A stretch of DNA of 64,000 nt from positions 127,536,001 through 127,600,000 of the forward strand of contig NC_058368.1 of NCBI RefSeq assembly GCF_018350175.1. The letters are read 5' to 3'. The DNA is from Felis catus. Taxonomy: Eukaryota. Below are positions 13,055 to 26,862 of the stretch, in pieces (position 1 is the stretch's first letter; every line of letters starts with the position of its first letter). Made by a program: the position numbers and the translations under genes. The notes under the pieces are model-generated. The model worked only from the letters and a program-made list of their open reading frames with translations. It was not told where the DNA came from and made no database searches.

Positions 13055-14010
13055 CAGGCAGAATTTCCTCTCTACCAAAAGGGCATTGTTTTCATAAGGA
13101 AGTTTTCTGGATTAATTAAACAACTTAATTCACAAATTAACAAAACTCCACAATTAAGATCTGATGGAAAGAGGAATGGAAATCTTCTGACCTTTTGGAT
13201 TCTAACCTCCCAATTAGCTTTGTTCCATGCTCCGCCTTTAAATACTAGTTTGTGATCAGTATCAGCTTTCAGATTTAGGTAGGCAAAGCAAGCTAAAAGC
13301 AAAACCCTGTCTTTTGACTAAGAATGGCAAGGGAGAATTGGTAGTAATTACAATAAAATTGGTTTACAGAGACTTCACTTCTAATCTCTGTCAGATGGGC
13401 ACAAACTAAGAACCCATTTATGTCAACTAAAGGCTCCATGAGTCAGGATCATTCATTATGTAAATATGACCTTTAAAATCATATCACAGATATAATCTGA
13501 ATAATATATCCATGAATAATTGAGAATTGACAACATTTAATATTTATTAAGTGCCTTTTTATACAGATTTGACTCAAGTAAGTCAATTCCATGGACCCAG
13601 TGATGGTACCCACTCAATGATTTATTCAGCCTCTAAATATGATGAGTAACATTGTGGAAAGAAGTTAGAAATTGCACAAAGGAGATTTCAAGATGAATGA
13701 GGCACTGTCCTTATTTTCATGTGGTAAGCTCCTTAGGGAGGAAATAATAGTTCTTTACAGAATGGAAAGGTCAACCACACATTAGATAAGTAAAATGAGG
13801 TTATATTTCAGTAGGGTCTTAAGGGATGGATTTTGACAGGTGGTGATATCAAGCGTATGGAAGAGCAAAATCAAAAAAAGTTCCAAATGTAATACCATTG
13901 AGTTAGAACATACGTAAAAATGAGAAAAAATCCTGGACAGGTAAAATGGAGCAAGGGTTTTAAAAAACTCATTAAGGAGTTTAGGTTGTTTTAAGAAGAC
14001 AGCAAGTCCT

Positions 14011-14218
14011 GGGGCGCCTGGGTGGCTCAGTGGGTTGAGTCCAACTCCAGCTCAATTCATGATATCATGGTTCCTGAGTTCCAGCAGCACATCAGGCTCG
14101 TTGTTGTCAGTGCAGAGACAGCTTCAGACCCTCTGTCGCCCTCTCTCTCTGCCCCTCCCCTGCTTGTGCTCTCTCTCTCTCTTTTAAAAAAAAATTTTTT
14201 TTTAAAGAAAAAGAAGAA
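14011..14218 (+). mobile_element. CanSINE
   Basis: GGGGCGCCTGGGTGGCTCAGTGGGTTGAG head, CT tract; decayed TSD AGAAGACAG(CA/TG)AGTC. Confidence 0.9.
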
Positions 14219-14921
14219 GGAGAAGACAGTGAGTCTTATCAGGTAGGTGGCAAGAATAAATTGGTAAGATGTATCATAAGCAGTTTCAAGGCCTCTTCAC
14301 CCCACTAAGGACATACATGAATATGTTCTATGAAGAGGGGAAGAAGACGAAATTTTTGGAATTAGATTTATTTCTGCTTCTCTTTATGATTGCATAGATT
14401 AGGATATTATCTGCTATGTTGAAACAAAGCTGAAACCTTACTAATCTTCTAAGTGTGTGATTACTACTCTTTTATTAATGGCCAAAAAAAAATTGAAATG
14501 TCAGATTATTTACCCCTAACCATCAATTTTGTCTTTATGGGTGGAAAGTCCCCATCACCACCATCTTTTCTTTCCTCTTTCTTCCCTCCCTCTTCATGGT
14601 CTTTAATGGTCTTCTTAATCATTTAGCAGTTATGAGTGATGATTAATCTCATAAAGTACAAAGTACCAATTTTATCAACTTTTAAATGCTGAAATAATGA
14701 ATTTTAATGAGTCCATTATTGACAATCAGTTCCTGATTGTTACAGAAGGAGTAAACCTGAGTTTTGAGCCAAAGTGTTAAGGATTAAATCTGTATTAATC
14801 TAAGGACATATTTTTTATGAATTTTGTTAACTATAGTCTAGGGAATTATAAACTTTTACTTAGTGAAAAGATAATATGAACCTCTACTACCTTTCATAGT
14901 CTGATGGGAAAAAAATTCCAA

Positions 14922-14990
14922 ATATAGATATATAGATATAGATATAGATATAGATATAGATATAGATATCTAGATATATATAGATATACA
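14922..14990. repeat. (ATATAG)n hexamer microsatellite
   Basis: About 11 tandem units, seen directly. Confidence 0.9.
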
Positions 14991-16842
14991 CATAGAGACA
15001 TTCCTCCTGAGGTACTGGTTTTATTTAAAACATTCTCTTTTCTTTTTATACAACTATATTTAAACTATGATTCATGGTTTAAGAATGAGTAGGATAAAAC
15101 AGAGTACAGAGTATTCACAGTAACAGACTCAATGTAATAGATTCTACACTATATCTGACTTCAGGCTTTTCAAATACATACAGAAAATTACATACAACTT
15201 GTAAATTATTCAACTATTCTACCTCGTTAAATCTATTTGCCCCAAGAATTTATAAAAGAATTAGGTTCCTTCAAATTAACGGTATTACAAGTGCTGCATC
15301 ACTGAGACAGGCTCACAAAGGGAAGGAAGATGTTTTGAGTTCATGTGCTGTGGTCCGCATGTAGGGCTGAAACATGGTTTAACACACAAAATGCTCAAAT
15401 ACCTCATAAAGTAAAGCTCGTTTTTTATCAGCTATCTTCTAGGTAGAGGTAGGAAAATTCTCAAGAAGAAAGTAAAAACTAATGAGATAATTCTACATAT
15501 TAATTCCATGGGGTATACCATCGACTCCCTCCCTCCCTCCCTCTCTCTCTGTCTCTGTCTCTGTCTCTGTCTCTCACTCTCTCCCCAGACTCTCTTCCTT
15601 TCTTCCTTTCTTAAAGAAAAGCCACAGCTCAAGAAACGGGGAGGGGGGAAGGAAAGGAGAGTTTGGAAATAATGTAAGGAAGAGATGAAGAAAACTTTCT
15701 GCAGCTGACCCTGAGAGTAACCTGAGAGAGTCTAACCATGTTCAGAACTTGAGGGACTCCAGGCTGCAATATCTATGATTAAATTCTAAGCCAGTGACAA
15801 CATGCTTCATGATGTGCCCCACAGTCATGCTTATAAATGAAATCTTTAATAGGAATTGCATACTTTCTTAAGTACTGTGCTCACAAAACCCCTTAAACCC
15901 TATAAATCTTATATCAAAGTTTTGAGCTCCTTCTACTCAGAAAAACCTCAGATTTATCAGTTGTCGATAGGTTATTTGTTTAAAGTGCATACCTTTCAAC
16001 AATCCCCGCCTCCTGAAAGTGTTATGAAAGACATTCATTTGAATGCCAATGGAATGGATGAGTAGAGAATCCCATCTAACATTTATCAAGTGATGTTGCA
16101 ATTATGAAACATAAATCTTAAACGTGAAACTGGGCACATAAACAGACTGGAAGACTGAACTTGAGATGAATGTAAAGAATGATCACTAAGGTCAGGGAAG
16201 GTAATTGGAGGAAATATTTTGTTTTATATTAACCATATTCAGGCAATCTACCTTACAGAGTTTGGGTTCTAAATTATTCAGCTAGTGTCTTGTAATACCG
16301 TCAAATAAAGTCTAAGAGGTAACACTTAAGGGGGATGCTTGTATGCATTTTTAAGTCATGGTCAATAGGCTCTTTCATTGTATTATTTACCAAAGCAATG
16401 GTATAGATTTAGTTTAGATGGAATATATTTAGTTTTTCTAAATATAGAAGGAAAACATACTATAAAGGAGAGTATCACTTATGGAAATTAAACTTTACAA
16501 TAAAATTTTCAAATTAAAATAAAAAGCAAAAGACCTGGAAATAATTGTTTCAAATAAAAAAGAGTCAGCTGTAGTGGGAAAAAAAACAAATGTATAATGT
16601 ATAAGAAACAAATCATCATTAAGATCCACTAGCTAGATGCCAAAAGGATATGAGAAAATTGAATCACAAAGGCAAATAAATGAAAAAATATTGATCTTTG
16701 CTGAAAATAATAATGAGATGGTATTTTATACTATTTAAGGGGGCATATATTTTAAGAAAATTATAGTGTTGAATAATGCCTAAAACTACACAATATTGTT
16801 GGGGCATTGCAACTTGATAAAATTATTTTAAAAGCAATGTGA

Positions 16843-17340
16843 GGGGTGCCTGGGTGGCTCAGTTGGTTCAGCATCTGACTTCGACTCAGGTCATGATCTC
16901 CCAGTCTGTGAATTCAATCCCCGCATCAGGCTCAGTACTGACAGCACAGAGCCTGGAGCCTGCTTCAAGTTCTGTGTCTCCCTCTCTCTGCCTCTCCCCT
17001 ACTCACTCTCTGTCTCTCCCTCTGTCTCTCAAAAATAAATAAATGCTAAAAAAAAAAAAAAGAAAGAAAAGAAAAAGAAAAGAAAAAAGAGAAAAAAAAG
17101 GCAAAGTCACCAGGGGCTCCTGAGTGGCTCTGTCCGTTGAGTGTCTGACTCCTGATTTCAGCTCAGCTGAATCAAGTCCTGGGACTGAGCCCCACATCCG
17201 GCTCCACACTGAGCATGGTGCCTGCTTAAGATTCTCTCCCTCTCCCTCTGCCCCTCTCCCCCCTGTTTACACATGTGCTCTCTCTCTCTCTCTGTCTCTA
17301 AAATTAAAAAAAAAAGGAAAAAGAAAAGAAAAAACTTTTA
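16843..17340 (+). mobile_element. Two head-to-tail CanSINEs (16843-17099 and 17113-17340) inside one TSD
   Basis: Two SINE heads (GGGGTGCCTGGGTGGCTCAG; GGGGCTCCTGAGTGGCTCTG) flanked by AAAAGCAATGTGA (16830-16842) and AAAAGCAATATGA (17341-17353). Confidence 0.88.
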
Positions 17341-18214
17341 AAAAGCAATATGACAAAATAGTAAACAATCAGCTCCAGACAAGTTAAAAGATATGTGCAA
17401 ATGAGATGTTCACAGCATTATTATCTATACCAGCAAATGTGTAACATTTGGAGAATAATTATTTCAAAGGTAGATTTATCATTGTTTTCTAATTGTTCTC
17501 TTTTCTACTTCAGAAGACTAATAATTATTCCATTTATTCCTGTGATTGTGTTTCACGTATTTTACTAATACATTTAATTATAACAAGCAATATCACACAA
17601 CTTTTTTCTCTCCTATTCATTGGGAAGTAAAATCCTTTATTTTTAATTCAAAATTTGACATTCTCATATTGTATTTCCCTAAGCTCTGCAAATGTTACTA
17701 ACAATAAAACACAGTATGTGATAAATATTTTAAACAAATGTCAGTATATGACCCATGTATGGTTCATTTTATCTATATGAAGTTGAGACATTTATTTAAA
17801 TAAACTTGGTATCAAAACCTATGCATATTTTGTTTGATATATGTTGATATTTGAGGCAATCATATGAGTATCTCTTACTGACTGAATTTTAAATATTCTA
17901 CCCACAGAAGCAGTAGCATTAACCAATCTTTAACATAATATGAACTGTTAGAAAAACATGGCTCTGCACATTTTCTGTATAAAAATAAAAGTCTTTTGGT
18001 ATTTCTTTCTTTCTATCTGATTCTGCCTTTGCAAAACTGGGAGTCAAGAAAGCAATAATATTGGATTCAATATAGTGTATTATGTGTATGAGTATATTTA
18101 GCTGTCTATACTGATTCATATATGCACATATACATATATTTACATGTATTCATCATGAAAATGGCAAAACCCAGATAATAAGTTAAACACTGGGTCAACA
18201 GCAAGATATTTAAA

Positions 18215-18397
18215 TATGTTATTTGTTTATGTTTATTTATTTTTGAGAGAGAGAGAGGCAGAGAGAGAGGGAGACATAGAATCCAAAGCAGGCTCCAGGC
18301 TCTGAGCTGTCAGATGTGGGGCTCAAACTCACAAACTGTGAGATCATGACCTGAGCTGAAGTCGGATGCTTAACTGACTGAGCCACCCAGGTGCCCC
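18215..18397 (-). mobile_element. CanSINE
   Basis: Ends ...GACTGAGCCACCCAGGTGCCCC; GA tract and T-rich tail. Confidence 0.9.
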
Positions 18398-18996
18398 GGA
18401 TATGACCTCTTCCATGCCCCTCAACAAGACCAACAATATGCTTTGGCATACTTTAAAAATTTATTAAATTTAATGAAATATTATCTTTATTTATAAAATT
18501 GTTTTTCACAATACTGTGAACTACTAGAGTGCTAAGGAATTATGTATGTCAAGTGTTGCATTATACAGATGTTGACAATGATAGAGAGGTAGGGCAGCTT
18601 GCTCAGGCTACACAGTTTTTAAAACCTTCACACCTGGTTCTTCTTTGCACTTTTTTGCAGTCATCAAACATTTAATATAAAATTATTATTTTAGTAATCC
18701 AGAAACATATTTCTTAATAAAAATAATATATGTGTAATACAATGAAAAATAAATATAATTTATTAGGTTGTAGAATTTTTTCACAGCGATTAAAAATTAT
18801 TTAGAAAACAATTTAACATTGTTTACTCTTTGGTATTGCTTTTACTAACTATATTTATGAGAAAATATTTGACTAATTATAGCACTAACTTGGAATTCAA
18901 TCCAATGACTTATTTTTTTTATTTACTATTTTTTCCAATCCAATGACTTTAATGGCATAACATAAAGCTTATGTTTTTAAAGTGGGCTTCCTAGGG

Positions 18997-19232
18997 GGGG
19001 TGCCCAGGTGGCTCACATGCTTAAGTGTCTGACTTGTGGTTTCCGCTCTAGTGGTGATCTCGCAGTTCGTGAGTTGGAACCCTGCGTCAGGCTCTGTGCT
19101 GACAGCGTGGAGCCTGCCTGGGGTTCTCTCTCTTTCCTGGTATCTCTGCCTCTCCCATGCTTGCCCGCTCTCCCTCTCCTCTCTCTCTCTCACTCCCTCA
19201 AAATAAAAATATAAATGTTAGAGAGAGAAAAA
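18997..19232 (+). mobile_element. CanSINE
   Basis: GGGGTGCCCAGGTGGCTCA head; decayed TSD AAAAGTGG(G/C)CTTC. Confidence 0.9.
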
Positions 19233-20442
19233 AAAGTGGCCTTCTTGGGAAAGAAGACATTTGGAAGAATTTGCTTTCAAATATGTCAAATTGTTATGAC
19301 TATCTTTCCTTTTATATAGTTTCTGATAATTTACAAAATACTTTGAGGTAAGTATTTAAGTTCCTGATTTTGCTTATCGTAGTGCAATAAAATGAATATT
19401 GGATAAAGATTGCTCATTATCTGTTATCCTTTTCAATCTTTATCAGAATGGTAGAATTTCACATAAATTTTAAAATAAATATCATATTTTAATTATTTCC
19501 AGAGGGATTAAAAGTAGAGTATTTCTTTTTTAAAAAACTAGAAGAAAATAAAATTAAATTCAAATCTAATTTTGGGCTGAGGACAGCTTTTCTACAGAAG
19601 TAGCAAATAAAATTGTACAAAGGAAAAATAATTGTTGTGGCAATAGGTAAAAGAAAATCTATTCACATAAAAATTCATGTAATATGTAAATAATAGGTAA
19701 ATAATTAATTACATGGCAAATAATAAACTGAGAAAATTATTTGTGCACAAAACAGGATAGAGAAAGAAACAGTGAATGTCCAAATAGACAAAAAAAAACA
19801 CTACAGTGCAATTCACAAAAGAAGATATTGAAAATTCCCATGCACCACTAAAAGAAATTGGTAGTCAGAATATTAATTGAAATGTGTTAGATGTTATTCT
19901 GCAAGCTACTTATATGACAAATCTTTATTAGGTAAAATATACAATACTTGGAAGAGTGCAGTAGAATATGGTAGTAGAATATACCATTAGCACACTAACA
20001 ACAGTTTCTGAAAAGCAGTTCGCAACGTGGCTTAAAATCTTTAACTCTATGTATCACACATCTGAGAATCCATCCTAATTCTAAAGGAACAATTCATAAC
20101 CGACCTTCAAAGATATTTATTGTAGGATAAAAGCAGATAATTAAATATCCAATATGAAGAAAACAGTTAAATAAAAAGAACATAAAATTATGTTACAGAA
20201 GTTTATGAAACAACAGGAAAATAAAAAATCGTTAAAAAATATATTAATTTTAATTTGAGTCTTGATATACTATTTTAAAATATTAATTTAATCAAGCAAA
20301 AATGTCTCTTTGAAGGCTAAAGATTTGAATACCAATCATTCTGGCCCCAATGCACCGGCATTATGAATATTTCTTCTTTATACACCTTGAGAACATTAGT
20401 GGACTGCTAGAGAAATGCTCTAACTGAGCTATTTCTAATTGC

Positions 20443-20670
20443 TTTTTAATATTTACTTATTTATTTTGAGAGGACAGAGAGACAGAGAGACACCCTGCAA
20501 GAGTGGGGGAGGGGCAGAGAGAGAGAGGAGACAGAGAATCCCAGGCAAGCTCCAGGCTGTCAGCACAGAGCCGGATGTGCGGCTCAGTCAAACTCAAGAA
20601 ACCATGAGATCATAACCTGAGACAAGATCAAGAGCGGGACACTTAATCTATTGAGCCACCCAGGTGCCCC
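20443..20670 (-). mobile_element. CanSINE
   Basis: Ends ...TTGAGCCACCCAGGTGCCCC; decayed TSD TGA(G/A)CTA(T/C)TTCTA. Confidence 0.9.
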
Positions 20671-23283
20671 AGTGAACTACTTCTAAAGACATGAAATACT
20701 ATATTAGTGTTGGTGTTCTGACACTGAATAGTGAATGAATTCAAAAAGCATTTAGTACCCTAAGGTCTGTTGCCTATTTTTGTTGTTGCTGTTGTTAAGG
20801 AAAGAAAATTATTATCAGTCTGGACCTTCCAAATAGATAATCTTCTATCATTTTTTCCTTGTTTTATCATGTACCCACATATTTAAACTATAGTAATGAC
20901 CAAATAACCTACACCCATGTATTTACTAGGTATAGTCACCCATTTCTTTTTCCTACTGGTATTTTTATTCGAAAATAGAAAAGAGTGGAGGAAAGATGAG
21001 ATATTATTGTATAAACATTGTCTTCAGTATACTTGGCAACAATAGGCAATTCTCATAAACTTTTAAACTTGTGACCAACTTAAAACTTGTATGGAAACAG
21101 TAAATAGTGGCAGAGTTATGTGGAATTTAGCTGTAAAAGGTTTTCCTTCCTTTTACCATCACTCACTTCTTTGAAAAGAAAATTTCACATGAGGCTATGG
21201 AATCTATGAGCCACAGATACCCGAATGAAAAGAGAGGCAACTACAACAGTGGACTTAAATTTGGGGTTTCCTTTTTTTTCACACTTGAGGGGAATATGCA
21301 ATTGGTAGCTAAGAACCAAGCTACTATTGCTGTTTCAGCAACCTATGAAATTATTCAGAGAAAGACGGAGGAGCACAGTATTCTGCACTGGAAAGGAGTT
21401 TAGTGAGGAACTATCCAATACTTTCCTTTCATATCTGAGGAAATTGAGCCAAAGAGAATTGAGATAATTTGCCTGAGATCATTCAGCTAGCTAGTGGCAA
21501 GAGGAACAACAAACGTCTCTAGAGTTAAACTGCTCTGTTCATTCATTTCTACACAATTGCCTCTTGCATTCCAGGCACCTAGTGTAAGTCAAAATCGGGT
21601 ATGAAATGTTGCTCTACAAATCTAGGGTCAAAACAACAGAAAAATAAAACAAGTGGCCGCTGGGCAGAGATGTTGAATAAGTGAGTTCTCTGTGCTTTCC
21701 TTCCATCCCCATTCTCATCCCCCAGGCTCTCGGTCAAACTAAAAAGGACAATGACCTACTTCAAATAATCTGTGTGTTGGGTCGCACACTGTCGTAATGT
21801 ATACCGATGGGCATTCTCTGTACCCCTATGTCCCTTGGTTTTATCATCTAGTCAAAAGTCAAGATAACCTCTCCAAGGCCACTTTTTCTCCAAGTCTCTA
21901 AGTGGCTGACATTATCTCTTTTCCTTTCTTTCCTTTTCCTTCCTGTCCTTTTCACTCCTCTGTCCAGGGAGTATGCTCACCTTCAAGAAATTCCTGCAGT
22001 TACTATTCAAAAGCAGGAAAATTCCAAGAGTTGTACCCAACACTAAGAGTTCTTAGTAAACATGGTTGTACCATGATCATTTGATGCTCAGGGTAATACA
22101 GGTCACAAAAAGAAAACAGCCAACCACGACTGTGAAACTGTCTTGAGAAATTTCTACTGGAAATTAGTTCTAGATTTTACATATTTTCTTTCACAGAACT
22201 GATTTCCTCCTGGAAAATTGCAGGAGAGAAGGAATTTCTCATTTAAAAATGGAAGCATCACATAAAAGTGACTAATTACATCCCCAAAAGAACTATCTTT
22301 TCACTTCCAGTCCAGGTTTCTTCCTTTCAAGCAACCTGAAATCGCATTCTTTAAACAGTTAATAGAATCTCTGCAGTTGGTAAAATAAAGAGGAGACTAG
22401 AAGAAAAAGAAGCTGGATAAGGAAAATGTCGCCTAAATTTAATAGTTTACTAATAACCTTTTAGGTTTTAATGCATTGAATGAATTCATTCCCTTAATGG
22501 TTTTTTATACAGCATAGGGATTAGAGAGTCTAGCCCTGCTGTGTGAGGAGTGCATACTGTGTTGGGCATGGACTGCTTGGAAGGATGAGTGTTGCACCAG
22601 CAGAATCTTCTTTCACCATGATTACCATTGCTGTTACTAATAACAATTATTACCACCATGTTTTTAGCACGTGATGCTGTACAAAGTACATATCCTACAA
22701 ATTACTGTGTTTAGTCATTCAAAGAACCGTTTCAAAGTTTTCATGTACGTTATTTATCCCCATTTAGAAAATTAGAAAGCTAATGCTCAGAAGAATTAAA
22801 AGACTTAATGCAATCCTACAGTCAATTCACAGCAGAATCAGGCCTTAGCAACCAAACTCCAGAACTCTAAATCTTTAATCTGTCCCTGATGATGATAAGT
22901 ATCATTTCATGTAGGCACAAGGATTTTACATCTCTCTACCAGGTGTGGGGCTGCCAGGGATACTAAATTCAACCCAAATTTAGGTAAATTTCCTGAAATA
23001 GACATCTCTCCTCCTTATGTAGAAGCTGTGTCATCATTTCACATTTTGAAATAAGAATAGCATTCTGTCAAAGCCATTCTTACTCAATGGTCTCACAAAT
23101 CATTGAAAACATTTCTCTTTGTTCACTCCCCAAAAAAAGGAATGTTATTGGGAACATAGGTAATATTTATATTTAAAGGAAATAGGGCTCAACAAATGAA
23201 ATTATAGAGTATTTTAAGCCTATATTCCAAATATTTAAGTGATATTAATAGCAGAAGTTTACCATTGAAAATAGTGCAAAGAA

Positions 23284-23497
23284 GAGGCTCCTGGGTGGCT
23301 TAGTCAGTTAAGCATCCTACTTTGGCTCAGGTCATGATATCGCAATTCGTAAGTTTGAGCCCTACGTCGGGCTCAGAACATGGAGCCTGCTTCAAATTCT
23401 GTGTCTTCCTCTCTCTCTGCCCCTCCTCCGCTCATGCACGCTCTCTCTCTCTCTCTCTCAAAAATAAATAAGTATTAAAAAAATTAAAAATAAATAA
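23284..23497 (+). mobile_element. CanSINE
   Basis: GGCTCCTGGGTGGCTTAGTCAGTTAAGC head; TSD AAAATA(G/A)TGCAAAGAA. Confidence 0.9.
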
Positions 23498-23619
23498 AAT
23501 AATGCAAAGAAAATCTAACAAGGCAACATCACACTTAGTATAATCATTACTGTAGCAGGCGTGGCCAACGTGGCATTTGAAAAAGAAACCTTACAAGTTA
23601 GTAGGTGATCAGTGATTGG

Positions 23620-23833
23620 TTTTTTTTTAATGTTTATTTATTCTTGAGAGAAAGAGAGAGAGAGAGCGAGGGCGAGTGGGGAGGGACAGAGAGAGGGGGA
23701 GACACAGAATCTGAAGCAGGCCCCAGGCTCTGAGCTGTCAACACAGAGCCTGAGACGGGGCTCAAACTCACAAATGGTGAGATCATGACCTGAGCTGAAG
23801 TCAGATGCGTGACTGAGCCACCCAGGTGTCCCC
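23620..23833 (-). mobile_element. CanSINE
   Basis: Ends ...GACTGAGCCACCCAGGTGTCCCC; GATCAGTGATT on both sides. Confidence 0.9.
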
Positions 23834-24089
23834 TGTTCAGATCAGTGATTCTTCTATAAATTGGGGTTGGGGCAGCTGGCCAAAAACAGGTGTACCCTTT
23901 TCTTATTCCTCATATCAAAATAAATTACAGGTGATCAAAAATTAAATATAAAAGGAAAATCTTAAAAAACTAGGAAAAAGTGGAAAAATTAATAATTTTA
24001 AAATGGAGTCACACTCCTTAAACACAATGTAAGAGGAGCACATGGAGGAAAGTTTGCTAAACCTTGCTGTATTGAAAACATTTTACAGA

Positions 24090-24930
24090 CAAAAAATTAA
24101 ATAACCTAGTTAAAACTGGGCAAATGACTTGAATAAATGACATACAAATGTTCAACAAGCATGTAAAAAATGCTCAACATCACCAATCATGGAAGAAATT
24201 CCAAAAAAAAAAAAAAAACTGTAATGAGATATCATTCCACACTCATTAGTATAGAAAAAAGAAAATAAGTATTGATGTGGATGAGGATAAGTTGGAATCC
24301 TTATGCATTGTTGGTAGGATTGTAAAATGGTAGAGTCACTATGGAAAATAATATGAGGATTCTTCTAAACAAATTAAAAATAGAAATACCATATGATCCA
24401 ACAACCCCACCTCTGAATATATTTATCCGAAAGAATTGAAAGCAACCTCTTGCAGAGACACTTGTACATCCATGTTCACAGCTCACTATTCACAACAGCC
24501 AAGAGATGAAAGCAACTTAAATACCCATTAATGGTTGAAGAGAGAAAATGTGGTATATGCATATATTATTCTAACTTAAAAAGGGAACCCTGTCACATGC
24601 TACATCATGAGTGACTTCTGAAGACATTATACTAAGTGGGATAAGCAAGTGAAAAAAAAAGGCAAATACTGTATGATTACAAATATATGAGCTTTCTAAC
24701 ATAGTCAAATGCATAGAAAGTAGAATGGTCACTATCAGAGGTTGGGAAGAGAAGGGTGGTTGCTGTTTTAATGGATATAGAGTTTTAGTTTCGCAAAATG
24801 AAAAAGTTCTGGAGGTAGGTTCTATAGCAATGTGGATATATTTAACAATACTGAATAGTACACTTAAAAATGGTCAAGACAGCAAATTTCATGTTATGTG
24901 GTTTTGTCCACAAAAAATTGTTAAAAATAT
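24090..24930 (+). mobile_element. L1 (L1MA/MB-like) end of ORF2 plus 3'UTR, degraded
   Basis: AAAAAATGCTCAACATCAC...AAAATAGAAATACCATATGATCCAACAACCCCACCTCTGAATATATTTATCC...AAATACTGTATGATT...TACACTTAAAAATGGTCAAGACAGCAAATTTCATGTTATGTG. Confidence 0.88.
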
Positions 24931-25331
24931 TTACCTATGACTTTCAAAACTTACAAAGTGAAAGAAAAAAATAGAATGAGAAATTATTCAGAGCAGTTAT
25001 AACACAATTTCCTAAATATAACTCAAAGTTTTTCTAAATCAATAACAAAATGATTATCTCAATTCATTTCTGGAAAGAATTTTAATGGAAAAATATTAAT
25101 AGGCAGTGAACTAAGAAATGGCAAATAAACAATGAAAAACTGTTCAACTCACTCATAAAACTGAAGAGTAAAATAATAATAGATATATTTTACCCATTAC
25201 AGTAATGAAAAATAAAAGTACAACATATCCAGGGATAGTGAGTGATAATGAGAAGTTAATAGGTCTTCTGGCACACTGTTTATAGGTGTGTAAAATGATG
25301 AAACAAATTTTGGAGTAAATTTGCCAGTATC

Positions 25332-25526
25332 TTTTTTTTTAAGTTTATTCATTTATTTTCAGAGAGAGAAAGAGCAAGAAGCAGAGGGCCAGAGAAAGAG
25401 AATCCCAAGTAGGCTCCATCCTGTCAGCACAGAGCATGACGTGGGGCTCATTCCTATGAACTGTGAGATCATGACCTGAGCCGAAATCAAGAGTCAGATG
25501 CTAAACTGAATGAGCCACCCAGGTGG
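25332..25526 (-). mobile_element. CanSINE
   Basis: ...GAGATCATGACCTGAGCCGAAATCAAGAGTCAGATGCTAAACTGAATGAGCCACCCAGGTG. Confidence 0.88.
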
Positions 25527-26397
25527 CTGAGAATATATTCTAATACTTAAAATATGTTAATGTTAATAATTAATATTTATATTATTATATATTATCATAC
25601 TATTATTAAAACATTAATATTAATGAAAATGTGTCTTTGGATCAATAATTTCACTGGTAGAAATCTATCTTACAGATACCCTTTAGATGTGTAGTGAGAG
25701 GTAAATGAACTAATCACTGAAAATATCTAGCAATGTGCTGAATACATATAAATTACACAATAAGTGTTATCACTACTTTTATTATATTTACTTAAGTATG
25801 CACAAAATGTTTCTGGAAGGCTACATCAGACAAGGTTAAGAGCAGCTATTCTAGTGACAGCAAATGGAAAGCTAACAGCACGGAGGAAGGGCATAAGGGG
25901 ACTCACACACCACTATGTTTTGTAGGAATTTTTACCATAAACCAAGTACCACGTTTATGGTTTTAATTGCTAATTTTAGTCACTGAGACCAGGACCAAAC
26001 GTTCACAAAATAGGAAAAACATCCATTGTTCTCCTTTTCTAATTCTTTGGCCTACAGTTTTCCTTCCTTTCTCTCTGAAAAGAGTTGTACATGCAAAGGA
26101 TACCAAATAAATAACATTTCCCTATTTCTCTTTATCTCATGCTTTTCCTGAGCCTTTGGGAAGAAATATCAACACAGTATAACTGGACATCCAGTGACTA
26201 TGGCCATCATTTACTTCAAGGAAACCTAGTGTTGTTGGCTTCTTGTCCCATGTAGCCCTGTTGCCTTAGCTATTCAAACTGGAACCCTGAGCTGTTGCAA
26301 GAGGGAGAAAGGATTCTCCATGTGGGTGTGGCTCAGACCTCATGCTATCTGGAGGGCTTTCTCAGGGACTCTCACAAGAAGGTTTATCTTTAGATGC

Positions 26398-26862
26398 TGT
26401 AATGGGCCCAGTGGTGATCCCAAAAAAAGATATGTCCACAACCTAAACTCCAGAACCTGTGAATTTTTCCTTTGGAAAAAGAGTTTCTTACAGATGTAAT
26501 TAAGTATCTCGAGATGAAGAGAGTGTCCTAGATTATCCAAGTGAGACTTAAATACAATGACACATGTCCTTATAAGGAGACACACACACACACACACACA
26601 CACCCCAAAACAGGAGAAGGTTTGTGAAAACAGAGGCAAAGTTTGGAGCAATGTAACCATAAGCCAAGGAAGCCAGCAAAACCATGAGAAGCTAGAGAGG
26701 AATGAAACACATTCTCCTCTAGAGCCTCTGTAGTGACTGCAGGCTTGCAAACACTTTGATTTTGGACTTTTAGTCTTGAGAAACATGGGTGAGTAAATTT
26801 CACTTGTTTTAAGTCATTACATTTGTGGTAATTTGTGATGGCAGGTTTTGGAAACTAATTCA
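26398..26862 (+). mobile_element. MaLR solo LTR (MLT1B/C-like) with internal (CA)n
   Basis: TG...CA ends; AAAAGATATGTCCAC...CCAGAACCTGTGAAT...AAGCCAAGGAAGCCAGC...GTAAATTTC...TTTAAG...TTTGTGGTAATTTGT...GGAAACTAATTCA; near-TSD GATGC/AATGC. Confidence 0.88.
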
